Source: an uncultured Chloroflexia bacterium
Lineage (GTDB): Bacteria > Chloroflexota > Dehalococcoidia > DSTF01 > JALHUB01
Assembly (NCBI GenBank): GCA_963726245.1
Contig: CAVSBT010000019.1
Location: 85,855-149,854, forward strand
Direction of reading: 5' to 3'
DNA length: 64,000 bases
Position numbers and translations under genes: made by a program. Position 1 is the stretch's first letter; each line of letters begins with the position of its first letter. Below are positions 30,732-42,620 of the stretch, one piece after another. Below the pieces are notes generated by a model. It did not search any database, was not told the DNA's origin, and worked only from the letters and a program-made list of their open reading frames with translations.

Positions 30732-33155
30732 TCAGCCCACGGGAGCCAGACGGCTCTTCTCCTCCACCGCCTCCGGGTGGAGGGCAGTGTTCAGGACATC
30801 ATCGACGAATTCGGCCAGCACGATGTTCAGGTCCTGGCGCACGTCCGCCGGCACCTCCTCCAGGTCCGACTCGTTGTCCTTGGGGATGACCACGGTCTTG
30901 ATGGAGGCGCGGTGGGCAGCCAGGACCTTGTCCTTGATGGCGCCCACGGGCAGGACGCGGCCGCGAAGGGTGATCTCGCCGGTCATGGAGACCTGGCGCC
31001 GCACCGGACGGCGTGTCATGGCCGAGACCAGGGCCGTGGCCATGGTGACGCCGGCCGAGGGGCCGTCCTTGGGTATGGCGCCGGCCGGCACGTGGATGTG
31101 GATGTCATGGGTGTCCAGGAAATCCTGGGGGACGTTGAGTTGTTCGGCGCGGCTGCGGGCGAAGGTGAGGGCGGCCTGGGCCGACTCCTGCATGACGTCG
31201 CCCAGCTTGCCGGTGAGGGTGAGGCGGCCCTTGCCCGGTATGCAGCGGGCCTCCACGTAGAGGATGTCGCCCCCGGCCATGGTGGCGGCCATGCCGGTGG
31301 CCACGCCCACCTCGTCCTCCTCTTCGGGGATCTCCCAGCGAAAGCGGATGGGCCCCAGGTAGGGATGCAGGTCGCCGGCGTCGACGGTCGTGGTCTCGGT
31401 GACGCCCCGGGCCAGCTCGCGGGCCACGCCGCGGCAGATGGCGCCGATCTCGCGCTCCAGGTTGCGCACGCCCGCCTCCCGGGTGTAGCTGCGGATGATC
31501 TCCAGGAGAGCGGCGTCGGTGATGATGAGGCGGCCTTCGGGGATGCCGTTGGCCTCCATCTGGCGGGGCACCAGGTAGCGGCGGGCGATGGCCAGCTTGT
31601 CGCGCTCCGTATAGCCCGGCAGCTCGATGATCTCCATGCGGTCGAGCAGGGGCGCCGGGATGGTGTCGAAGAGATTGGCGGTGGTGATGAACATGACCTT
31701 CGAGAGGTCGAAGGGGACATCCAGGTAGTGGTCGGAGAAGGAGAAGTTCTGCTCCGGGTCCAGCACCTCCAGAAGGGCGGAGGCCGGGTCGCCGCGGAAG
31801 TCTATGCCCAGCTTGTCCACCTCGTCCAGCATGATGAGGGGGTTGTTGGAGCCGGCGCGTCGGATCTCCTGGATGATGCGCCCGGGCAGAGCGCCCACGT
31901 AGGTGCGGCGGTGCCCCCGGATCTCGGCCTCGTCCCGCATGCCGCCCAGGGACATGCGGACGAACTTGCGGCCCAGGGCGCGGGCGATGGACTGCCCAAG
32001 GGACGTCTTGCCGACGCCGGGCGGCCCCACGAAGCAGAGGATCGGCCCCTTGCTTTCCCGCTTTAGCTTGCGGACGGCCAGGAAGTCCAGGATGCGCCGC
32101 TTGACCTTCTCCAGGTCGTGGTGATCGGCGTTCAGGATCTCCTCGGCGCGCTCGATGTCCAGGTTGTCCTCGGTGGACTTGTCCCAGGGGAGGTCGGCCA
32201 GCCATTCCAGGTAGGTGCGCACCACCTGGTAGTCGGCGGCGGCCTGCGGCATGGTGCGCAGCCGGTCGAGCTCGCGGTCGGCCTCGCGACGGGCCTCGGG
32301 CGGCAGGTGCGCCTCGTCCAGGCGCTTCCGCAGGTCTTCCACCTCCGGCGCCAGCTCCGACTCGCCCAGCTCCCTCTGGATGGCCTTGAGCTGCTCGCGG
32401 AGGATGAACTCCCGCTGATGCTTCTCCATCTCGCCGTGCACCTGCGACTTGATCTGGCGCTCCACCTCCAGCACCTCGACCTCGCGGTTGAGGAAGCCGA
32501 CGATGATGCGCAGGCGCTCGGCGACGTCGGCGGCCTCCAGGACAGCCTGGCGCTCCTCCGTCTTGATATTGAGATTGGCGGCGATGAGGTCAGCCAGGTG
32601 GCTGGGGTCCTGGACACCGGCGACCATGAGGGCCATCTCCTGGGGGACGTTCTCCGCCAGGCTAATGGCCCTCTGAAAGAGAGAGCTGGCGGCCCGGGTC
32701 AGGGCCTCCAGCTCCGTGCCGGGCTTGGACACCTCCTGTAGCCTCTCCACGCGGGCCCGGAGCCAGGGCTTCTGCTGCTGGAGCTCCAGGAGGGTGACGC
32801 GGGCCACCCCCTGGATGATGGCCTGGACAGCGCCGTTGGGGGCCTTGGCCATGCGGGCGATGACGGCGGCGGTGCCCACGGAGTAGGTCTCGCCGGTGGG
32901 CTCGCCGTCCTCGCCCGGCTTCTGCGCGAAGATGGCGAGCATCTTGTTGGGGCTGCCAGCGGCCTCGTCGATGGCGCCGACGACAGACTGCTCCTGGGAG
33001 GCCAGGGGCACCATCAGGCCCGGGAAGAGCACCACGCCGCCACTGGCCAGAGCCGGCAGGACCTCCGGCACGCGTATGCGCTCTTCTGGCGTCTCGACTT
33101 CCGGTGCCGAGGGGGCGGGGATGGGCGGAGCGGCCTCGCTCTGGGAGTCGTTCAT
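30732..33155 (-). CDS. lon: ATP-dependent Lon protease
   Basis: GPPGVGKTS, RGHRRTYVGALPG, LDEVDK, PKDGPSAG catalytic Ser; 807 aa. Confidence 0.97.
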   Translation of the reverse strand: MNDSQSEAAPPIPAPSAPEVETPEERIRVPEVLPALASGGVVLFPGLMVPLASQEQSVVGAIDEAAGSPNKMLAIFAQKPGEDGEPTGETYSVGTAAVIARMAKAPNGAVQAIIQGVARVTLLELQQQKPWLRARVERLQEVSKPGTELEALTRAASSLFQRAISLAENVPQEMALMVAGVQDPSHLADLIAANLNIKTEERQAVLEAADVAERLRIIVGFLNREVEVLEVERQIKSQVHGEMEKHQREFILREQLKAIQRELGESELAPEVEDLRKRLDEAHLPPEARREADRELDRLRTMPQAAADYQVVRTYLEWLADLPWDKSTEDNLDIERAEEILNADHHDLEKVKRRILDFLAVRKLKRESKGPILCFVGPPGVGKTSLGQSIARALGRKFVRMSLGGMRDEAEIRGHRRTYVGALPGRIIQEIRRAGSNNPLIMLDEVDKLGIDFRGDPASALLEVLDPEQNFSFSDHYLDVPFDLSKVMFITTANLFDTIPAPLLDRMEIIELPGYTERDKLAIARRYLVPRQMEANGIPEGRLIITDAALLEIIRSYTREAGVRNLEREIGAICRGVARELARGVTETTTVDAGDLHPYLGPIRFRWEIPEEEDEVGVATGMAATMAGGDILYVEARCIPGKGRLTLTGKLGDVMQESAQAALTFARSRAEQLNVPQDFLDTHDIHIHVPAGAIPKDGPSAGVTMATALVSAMTRRPVRRQVSMTGEITLRGRVLPVGAIKDKVLAAHRASIKTVVIPKDNESDLEEVPADVRQDLNIVLAEFVDDVLNTALHPEAVEEKSRLAPVG

Positions 33156-33159
33156 TGCT

Positions 33160-33606
33160 TCATGCCCTCTGCGGGCGGACGGTCACCCGCACCCGGTGTC
33201 TCTGCCGCTGGCGCTTGGGCAGCACGATCTTGAGGAAGCCGTCCCGGTAGGAGACCTGGACCCCCTCCGGGTCCACCTCGGCTGGCAGGCTCACGGTGCG
33301 CTCGAAGGTGCCGTAGCAGATCTCCATCTGGCTGTGGCGGTGGCCCGGGGCGGCGTGATAGTCGTTCTTCTGGCCGTGGAAGCGGAGGCGGTCGCCGTGC
33401 AGGTCGATCTGCACCTCTTCGTCGCCGATGCCGGGGATCTCGGCCAGGATGACTACCTCCTCGGCGGTCTCGTAGACGTCCACGGGCGGCTCCAGGATGG
33501 GTGGGCAGAAGCGGGGGCGCCCGCCTTGACCGCCGGTGAGGCGGTCCCACATCTCATCCATCTCCTGGTGGAGGTATTCGAAGTCGGCGAAGAGCTTCTG
33601 TGCCAT
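33160..33606 (-). CDS. Hsp20/alpha-crystallin small heat-shock protein
   Basis: PPVDVYET, AEIPG, YGTFERTVSLP, YRDGFLKIVLPK. Confidence 0.92.
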   Translation of the reverse strand: MAQKLFADFEYLHQEMDEMWDRLTGGQGGRPRFCPPILEPPVDVYETAEEVVILAEIPGIGDEEVQIDLHGDRLRFHGQKNDYHAAPGHRHSQMEICYGTFERTVSLPAEVDPEGVQVSYRDGFLKIVLPKRQRQRHRVRVTVRPQRA

Positions 33607-34097
33607 GGGAGTCCCCCAGTACTGGCTGGCGGCCGCCGGCTAGAGCAAGAGGCGGAATCCCTCGTGGGTGGCCGCGAAGCCCATCTTCTGGTAGAAGCGG
33701 TGGGCCTCGACGCGGCGCTTGTTGCTGGTGAGGGAGACCTTGTAGCAGCCGGCGCGTCGCGCTTCTTCTATAGCATACCGCAAAAGGGCCTCGCCATAGC
33801 CTTTCCCACGCGCCGAACTGTCAACGACAAGGCCTTCCACGAAGGCCCAGGGCCTGCCTCGATAGGAGAGGTTGGGGATGATGCCCAGGGTGGCGGTCGC
33901 CATCACGCGCCCGTCAACCTCCGCCACCAGGAGCTGCTGCCGAGGGTCGGCCTCAATCTGGCGGAAGGCGGCGCGGTAGCTCTCGGGGAGGGGCTCCGCT
34001 GGGGAATCCCGGTCGTCGTCCAGGGAGAGCTGGCTCAGAAGCTCCACGATGCGAGGCAGGTCGGCCTCGGTGGCGCGGCGGATGGTGAAACGGGGCG

Positions 34098-37006
<2,909 letters not shown>

Positions 37007-37219
37007 TCCCCTCCTGTGGGGGCATAGTACCATTGTTCGAAGCTGGAATCAAAGCGGAGGCGATGGGTGGCCGGGGCGGAGGAAGACCGATGGGGGACGG
37101 TATTCACACCCAGGGCATCGAGAATGCTGGTCACTCTTGAAGCGCGGTCTGTAGGAGTCTTCACCACGTCAGACGTGGGCGCACCTGCGCAGGCTACCTG
37201 GATGAATTTCAGTACAGGT

Positions 37220-37423
37220 TCAACCTGCAGGAGGGTTTGCGACGAGGAGCGGTTCGCTTCCTTGATGGGGCAGACGCAGGGCCGCGTTCTGTGGTACTGC
37301 CGGACCCGCAGCCTGAGAATCCGTACGCTTAGGGGCGTGGGCGAGGGCTGCTATCGCTTCCTCGAAGGTGAGAGGGTGAAGCGAGACCGTGGTGTCTTCG
37401 TGCTTGCGCCTCCTGTTTGGCAA
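37220..37423 (-). CDS. Small hypothetical protein
   Basis: TTG start with AGGGAG upstream; VSLHPLTFEEAIAAL. Confidence 0.4.
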   Translation of the reverse strand: MPNRRRKHEDTTVSLHPLTFEEAIAALAHAPKRTDSQAAGPAVPQNAALRLPHQGSEPLLVANPPAG

Positions 37424-37523
37424 AGCTGTCTCTCCCTAAGTACGTGTCGCGGGTTGATAGGGAGCGTGTGTCGCCGCTAGCTGCACGTCTTGTTGGAGTG
37501 CCGGCGCGTTTGCCGCGTACGTG

Positions 37524-37842
37524 TCACCGACAATGGACATTAGCAGACCACCGCTCGTGCCTTGGGCAAATACTACAGCGCTCCCAGCCGCCATTCGTGC
37601 GCGTCACTTGGTAAGCCTGACGAAAGTCATACGCGATCATAAGAGCAATCCGAGAGATTGGAACCTGGTGATCCTTAATTCTCTAGAATACTTCTATGGT
37701 CGAATCAGAGAAGACCTCGCCGCCACACCTTACGCACACCTGCGCTGGTACGTTCTAGATTAGGATTAGAGGCGATAAGTCACATACACAGAATGGCACG
37801 GTCCGTGCACACCATTTCACCACCACACCTTGAACAACTCAT
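37524..37842 (-). pseudogene. YgiT-type zinc-finger antitoxin, disrupted
   Basis: MSCSRCGG...[frameshift]...I*NVPAQVCVRCGGEVFS...F*RI; TAATG overlap with upstream gene; in-frame TAGs at 37757 and 37685. Confidence 0.7.
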
Positions 37843-38192
37843 TATCTTGCCTTCTGCCGATAATTATCGTCAAATTCAGTTGGTTCTGTATCGGGCCAAT
37901 AGGCCGTCACGACAACGGGGGCAGGTGGATACGACAATAATACATGACCCACTCGCCCATCGGCTATTATACCCCAGACGAGGCAGCTTCTTCGCCCTTC
38001 ATCTTCATTCTCCTCTATGATCTGAGGGTCATCATCGCACAGGATATACGCGATGTCCTCCCTAGTGGGCATGGAGCGTTGGAAGAGGCGCATCCCGTAA
38101 TGGCGAGAGTATTGCATGCGCCTTGCTCGCACCTCGGCACAAAGGGTAGCGACCACAGACTCCCGCACGGCCGTGTCACCAATCACTATCAA
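37842..38192 (-). CDS. DUF4258-like putative toxin
   Basis: YSRH...R, IIEE, RSCLVWG...GRVGHV...VVTAYWPD; translationally coupled to a YgiT-like gene. Confidence 0.7.
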   Translation of the reverse strand: MIVIGDTAVRESVVATLCAEVRARRMQYSRHYGMRLFQRSMPTREDIAYILCDDDPQIIEENEDEGRRSCLVWGIIADGRVGHVLLSYPPAPVVVTAYWPDTEPTEFDDNYRQKAR

Positions 38193-38452
38193 GGGATATG
38201 TGTTGCTCCTCCAAGAGAGCCGGGCGGCACGGCAATTTCGGCGCCTAGGGCGGCCTCGTAGTCCTTCATCGCTTTCTTGAAGACAATCGCCATGACCTTT
38301 GCGTGGAGAGGGCTCATTCTCACGGATACTAGCTCCTTTGGCTGGCCGGTTGGTACTCAGACAGAGAAGGTCAGATGTACCGTGTATGCAGAGCCGCGAA
38401 AGGCGAACTGGTCGGCGTAGAACTCAGGGATTGTTCCGTTGTCCATAACCAT
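38189..38452 (-). pseudogene. DUF3467-like small protein with in-frame TGA
   Basis: MVMDNGTIPEFYADQF...LTFSV*VP...VRMSPLHAKVMA...YE; TGA at 38359-38357. Confidence 0.5.
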
Positions 38453-38516
38453 GTGTATTAGTCCCCCTCGCGTTCAGATTTCGAGCCAATGAACGCGCCG
38501 GTATCTTACCACAGTG

Positions 38517-38535
38517 TGTCAAAGGGATAATCGCC
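38517..38535 (-). mobile_element. Possible orphan IS1595-family (ISNwi1-type) terminal inverted repeat
   Basis: Minus strand GGCGATTATCCCTTTGACA at the edge of the AT-richer islet; fits recalled GGnnATTAT end consensus; partner end not found. Confidence 0.35.
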
Positions 38536-38593
38536 GCTAAAGCTCTGTCCCTACGAGTCCATACGAGCTACAGCTCGGCCCCCACGGAGTGAC

Positions 38594-39352
38594 TTAGGGG
38601 CGAACGGGCATCTGGCTCGCCTGGCGCACCAGCTCTTGGAACAGCCGCGCTGAGGCCTGCGCGAAGCCGTCTTGCTGCGGCTCCGGGCGCTCAGGGTGCC
38701 ACTGTACCCCCACTACCCAGCGGTGGGCCAGGCTCTCGACGCCCTCCACCAACCCGTCGGGCGAACTGGCGACGACTTCGAGGCGGGGGGCCAGGCGCTC
38801 GGGCGTCACCGCCTGGTGGTGGCGGGAGTTGACCAGGGCGCTGGCGGCCCCTGCCTGTCCGGCAGGCAGGCCCAGGGCGGCGTGCAGGCGGCTGCCCTGG
38901 CGGATGGTGACCTCGTGCCAGCGGGAGGGGAAGCCCTCGCTGTGGTAGTCGGCCACGTGGCCGTCGCCGTCGACGTGCTGGAGGAGGCCGCCCCCGAAGG
39001 CGACGTTCAGGAACTGGTGACCGCGGCAGATAGCCAGGATGGGCAGGTCATGGGCCAGGGCCTGCCAGAGGAGGACCAGCTCGAACTCGTCCCGGGTGTG
39101 GTCGGTGTGCTTCACCCGCGGGTGGGGCGTCTCCCCGTAGAGGGCGGGGTCGACGTCGACGCCGCCGGTGAGGATAAGGCCGGTGGCGCCGCCCAGGGTG
39201 TCCACGCAGCGGAGCCCGCGATCGACCACGAACTCGATGCAGAGGTCCAGGGGCTCGCCGCCGGCCTCCAGGACGCGCCGGTGGTACGCGGCGATCTCCT
39301 CGCCGGGCACCTTCTCCCAGCGCGTGATGGCGATGCGAGGTCGATAGTCCAC
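38594..39352 (-). CDS. Peptidase C26 / gamma-glutamyl-GABA hydrolase family (class I glutamine amidotransferase)
   Basis: LTGGVDVDP, AICRGHQ, VNSRHHQAV, VQWHPE. Confidence 0.92.
   Translation of the reverse strand: MDYRPRIAITRWEKVPGEEIAAYHRRVLEAGGEPLDLCIEFVVDRGLRCVDTLGGATGLILTGGVDVDPALYGETPHPRVKHTDHTRDEFELVLLWQALAHDLPILAICRGHQFLNVAFGGGLLQHVDGDGHVADYHSEGFPSRWHEVTIRQGSRLHAALGLPAGQAGAASALVNSRHHQAVTPERLAPRLEVVASSPDGLVEGVESLAHRWVVGVQWHPERPEPQQDGFAQASARLFQELVRQASQMPVRP
38850..38870. repeat. CCTGCCTG-GGCAGGCAGG palindrome inside a coding sequence
   Basis: cctgcctgtccggcaggcagg (21 nt); related copies at 6917-6934, 42535-42554, 48090-48108, partial at 58361-58378. Confidence 0.7.
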
Positions 39353-39452
39353 GGGCAGCTCCGGCTGTCAGGATAGCAAGGCCGAGGATCGGGGACAAGG
39401 AACGGGGAACAAGGACCAAAGGGCGTGGTCTGCGCCCTTCGTTCCTTGGCTC

Positions 39453-40235
39453 CTACCTGATGAGCCTTCTCCGCATGAGGAAGATGGCGAGCCGGAAGAA
39501 GACGGCCGACACCACCAGTACCCAGACAAGGTCGCCCAGGTGGCTCCAGTGGAGGTTGCCCTCCACCAGGGCCCGGTCGATGGCCGCCACGTGGGAGACG
39601 GGGAGGAACCAGGCCAGTACCTGAAAGCCTCGGGGCAGGCTGTCGAGGGGGAAGAAGACGCCCCCCAGCCAGAACATGGGCGTCACCACCAGGCTGAAGA
39701 AGTAGTTCAGGGAGGTCACGGACACGGCGGTGGATGTGTAGGACATGGAGATCGATGCGAACATGATCCCCTGAAGGAGCGCCACGATGGGGACCAGGAT
39801 GACCAGGGGGGAGTTCACCAGACCGTAGGAGGGCGTGAAGGCCAGGGCGACGAGGAGGATGTAGAAGGTGCTGATGAGGCCCCGTGTAGTGCCCCACAGG
39901 ATCTCAGCGGCGATGACATCCTCCAGGTTTACCGGCGTGGCTATGATGGCGTCGAAGGTGTGCTGCATGGACATCCGCACGTAGGAGCCCCAGCCGCATT
40001 CGCCCACGGCCGCCCACATGGGGTAAACAGCCAGGATGCCGGGCGTCAGGAACTGCATGTAGGTCTGGTCGCCGCCCAGTTCCACGAAGGTACCCAGTCC
40101 CAAGCCCAGGGCCAGGATGATGAGGATGGGCTCGACGACGGGCCAGACCAGTTCGGCGCGCCACAGGCGCAGGAAGACATCGCCGTTGCGCTGCCATACG
40201 CGGAAGGTGCGATAGGAGACGCCGCCGAAGGTCAT
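39453..40235 (-). CDS. ABC-2 type exporter permease (NodJ-like)
   Basis: YMQFLTPGIL, IIATPV, PMFWLGGVFFPL, LPVSH. Confidence 0.9.
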   Translation of the reverse strand: MTFGGVSYRTFRVWQRNGDVFLRLWRAELVWPVVEPILIILALGLGLGTFVELGGDQTYMQFLTPGILAVYPMWAAVGECGWGSYVRMSMQHTFDAIIATPVNLEDVIAAEILWGTTRGLISTFYILLVALAFTPSYGLVNSPLVILVPIVALLQGIMFASISMSYTSTAVSVTSLNYFFSLVVTPMFWLGGVFFPLDSLPRGFQVLAWFLPVSHVAAIDRALVEGNLHWSHLGDLVWVLVVSAVFFRLAIFLMRRRLIR

Positions 40236-41171
40236 TCCGTGAGCCCCCTCCCGGTCAGTCGCAAGAAGACATCCTCCAGGGTGGCGCGGCGCAGGCGTGC
40301 CTGCTGCCCCTGACGGAGGAGCTCGGCGGCGACGTGAGGGCCGTGCGGGCCCAGCCCCAGCACGAAGACAACGTCCTCCACGTCCTCGACAGTGACATCG
40401 CCCAGGCGGGCCAGGTGCTCCAGGACCTGCGTCTTCTCCTCCTGGCCGGCGGCCTGGAGTTCGAGCACTTCCTCGCCCACATGGCGAGTGATCAGGTCGG
40501 CCGGCGGGCCCTGGGCCAGGATGCGGCCCAGGTGCATGATCACGATGCGGTCGCAGAGGTGAGCAGCCTCCTCCATGTTGTGGGTGCTGAGGAGCATGGT
40601 GACGCCCTGGCCCTTCATGAGGCGAAGCTTCTGCCAGACGAGGTGGCGTGCCTGAGGGTCCAGGCCGGTGGTAGGCTCATCGAGCACCAGGATCCTGGGC
40701 TGGTTGAGCAGGGCCCTGGCGATGCTGAGGCGGCGCTGCATGCCGCCCGACAGGTTGTCCACCACCTCGTTGGCCCGATCCTGGAGCTGGAAGAGGGTGA
40801 GCACCTCATCGATGCGCTGGCGGGCTACGGGGGCCGGAATGTCGAAGTAACGGGAGTAAACGAAGAGGCTCTGCCTCACCGGTAGGTCAGGGTCAAGGTT
40901 GTCCTCCTGAGGGACCACGCCCAGGCGGGCCTTGATGCGGCGCCCGTCGCGCCGCACGTCGAGGCCGTCCACCAGCAGCTCGCCGCTCGGTGACAGGGGA
41001 GACGCAGGTGATCATGCGGATGGTGCTGCTCTTGCCGGCGCCGTTGGGCCCCAGGAAGCCGAAGCACTCGCCGGCGAGGACATCGAAGTCGATGCCGTCG
41101 ACGGCGGTGAGGGCGCCGAAGCGCTTGACCAGCCTCCGGGCGCTGATCACGGCCGCTGCATCGCTGTCCAT
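40232..41171 (-). CDS. ABC exporter ATP-binding protein (NodI-like; frameshift near 40990)
   Basis: [45 protein letters not shown]. Confidence 0.92.
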
Positions 41172-41242
41172 GAGCCTACCGTGGCAGAAGAATTAGGGCG
41201 GAGGGTTGCCTCCGCCCTGGGTTGCCGTTATCCGGGGGAGGG

Positions 41243-42091
41243 TTACTCCTCGTCCTCCTCGTCGTTTTCGCCTTCGGTGGCCTGCTGGTAGTCGGAGAGG
41301 CGGACATCGCCTTCTTGGGCTTCGACCTCCTCCTCCCATTCCTCGCCGCCCCCCTCGACCTCCTCGGTGATCTCCGGTTCCTCCTCTGCTCCGCGCTTGA
41401 GGATGCTCTCCTTGATATAGGGGCGGATCACCTCAGGGCCGGTGGCGGGGAAGGAGGGTCTGCCGGCCTGACTGGGATGCTGATAGACCTCCTTGATGAT
41501 AACGCGTCCCGTAGCGTTGGCCAGGCTGGTGAGGGCGGCGGCATACTGATTACCGCTCTGCATGAGCTTGAGGAGGCGCAGTCCCAGCTTCGGCTCCACC
41601 TCACCCAGGCACTCGCCGCGGGTGTTCTCCACCAGCAGGACGTTGCCTTCCGGACGCAGTTCCACCCGGTCGCCGGCCGTCATGCGGACTAGGACCTCCT
41701 GATTCACCCGGTGGAGGGTGGTGATGCCCGTCTTACCCGTCTCCTCGATGAAGATCTGGGGGTCGAGCTGCTGTTTGGGTTCGGCGCGGGCGGGTGCCAC
41801 CTCACCGAGGACCGCCAGGCGTGCCAGGTTCTTGCGGGCGATGGTGTTGGTGGAGTCGAGTTCCAGGGTTTTGGTGTAGGCCTCGCGGGACTCCTGATAG
41901 CGCCCGAGTTCAGCCAGCGCTTTGCCCAGCCGGTTCCAGGCATCCACGTCCGACGGGTAGAGCGACAGGATGTCCCGGTTCACGGCCACGGCTTCTTCCC
42001 AGCGGCTCTGAAGGGCCAGCCGGATAGCCAGGTCGGCCCTCTGACGGCGGATCCTGGCCCGTTCTTCAGTTTGATATGTCACTTGCCTCAC
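41243..42091 (-). CDS. TPR-containing protein with beta-rich middle domain and acidic tail
   Basis: AWNRLGKALAELGRYQESREAYTKTLELDSTN TPR; FIEETGKT; E/D-rich C-terminus. Confidence 0.8.
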   Translation of the reverse strand: MRQVTYQTEERARIRRQRADLAIRLALQSRWEEAVAVNRDILSLYPSDVDAWNRLGKALAELGRYQESREAYTKTLELDSTNTIARKNLARLAVLGEVAPARAEPKQQLDPQIFIEETGKTGITTLHRVNQEVLVRMTAGDRVELRPEGNVLLVENTRGECLGEVEPKLGLRLLKLMQSGNQYAAALTSLANATGRVIIKEVYQHPSQAGRPSFPATGPEVIRPYIKESILKRGAEEEPEITEEVEGGGEEWEEEVEAQEGDVRLSDYQQATEGENDEEDEE

Positions 42092-42399
42092 CTCTTCTCC
42101 AGAGACATGCTCTAGAGACCGTAGGATTTTAGCTTTTCAAAAGGAGTCCTTCAAGATGGGCTGGCCCCTTTTCTGGCGGGTTCTGGCGCCCTATTTCTCG
42201 ATTTTGGCGTTCTCGTGTACTATTCCTGAGGGCCATCGCCTCAGCCCGCCAATCAGGCGGGTGTCTGGCTCCTCATCAAGGGCATAATCGACAGGCCGTC
42301 GTCCAGGAATAGCCCCGGCCCCATATCTGTACGAAGGTTGTGCCCGGACGGATGGAGTGAAGGGCCCCCTGGCTCGCTCTTGGAGGGGGCAGGAGGGGA

Positions 42400-42477
42400 T
42401 GGTCGGGGTGGGCAGATTCGAACTGCCGACCTCACGGTCCCGAACCGTGCGCTCTAGCCAGGCTGAGCTACACCCCG
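42400..42477 (-). tRNA. tRNA-Pro (anticodon CGG)
   Basis: CGGGGTGTAGCTCAGCCTGGCTAGAGCGCACGGTTCGGGACCGTGAGGTCGGCAGTTCGAATCTGCCCACCCCGACCA; full cloverleaf with encoded CCA. Confidence 0.97.
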
Positions 42478-42555
42478 ACCGGATGAGGCAGCCCGATCAT
42501 AGCAAACGGCATCCCTGCTGTCGAGGCGACTACGCCTGCCTGCCGGCAGGCAGGT

Positions 42556-42584
42556 TTGACCGGTCCTTGGGGCGGGCCTACACT
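42556..42584 (+). promoter_or_regulatory. Sigma70-type promoter of the glycosylation locus
   Basis: TTGACC-17 nt-TACACT upstream of 42621. Confidence 0.6.
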
Positions 42585-42620
42585 GGGCCGCGAGCTCCCC
42601 GCGGCTAGCGCGGCATCAAG

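Noticed and set aside
37521-37763. 80-aa plus-strand ORF in the islet
   Set aside because: Overlaps the minus-strand YgiT-like remnant, which has clear family motifs and translational coupling
38357-38359. Selenocysteine recoding of the TGA in the DUF3467-like gene
   Set aside because: No redox Cys context or evident SECIS hairpin; neighbouring genes are also decayed
39368-39452. Degenerate 7-nt tandem repeats (gggacaa/ggaacgg/ggaacaa/ggaccaa); similar tracts at 11041-11070 and 6863-6910
   Set aside because: Short, degenerate intergenic repeats with no spacer structure or assignable function
42400-42620. Genomic island integrated at tRNA-Pro
   Set aside because: No integrase or duplicated tRNA 3' end found; the glycan locus lies on the 5' side and has host-like composition
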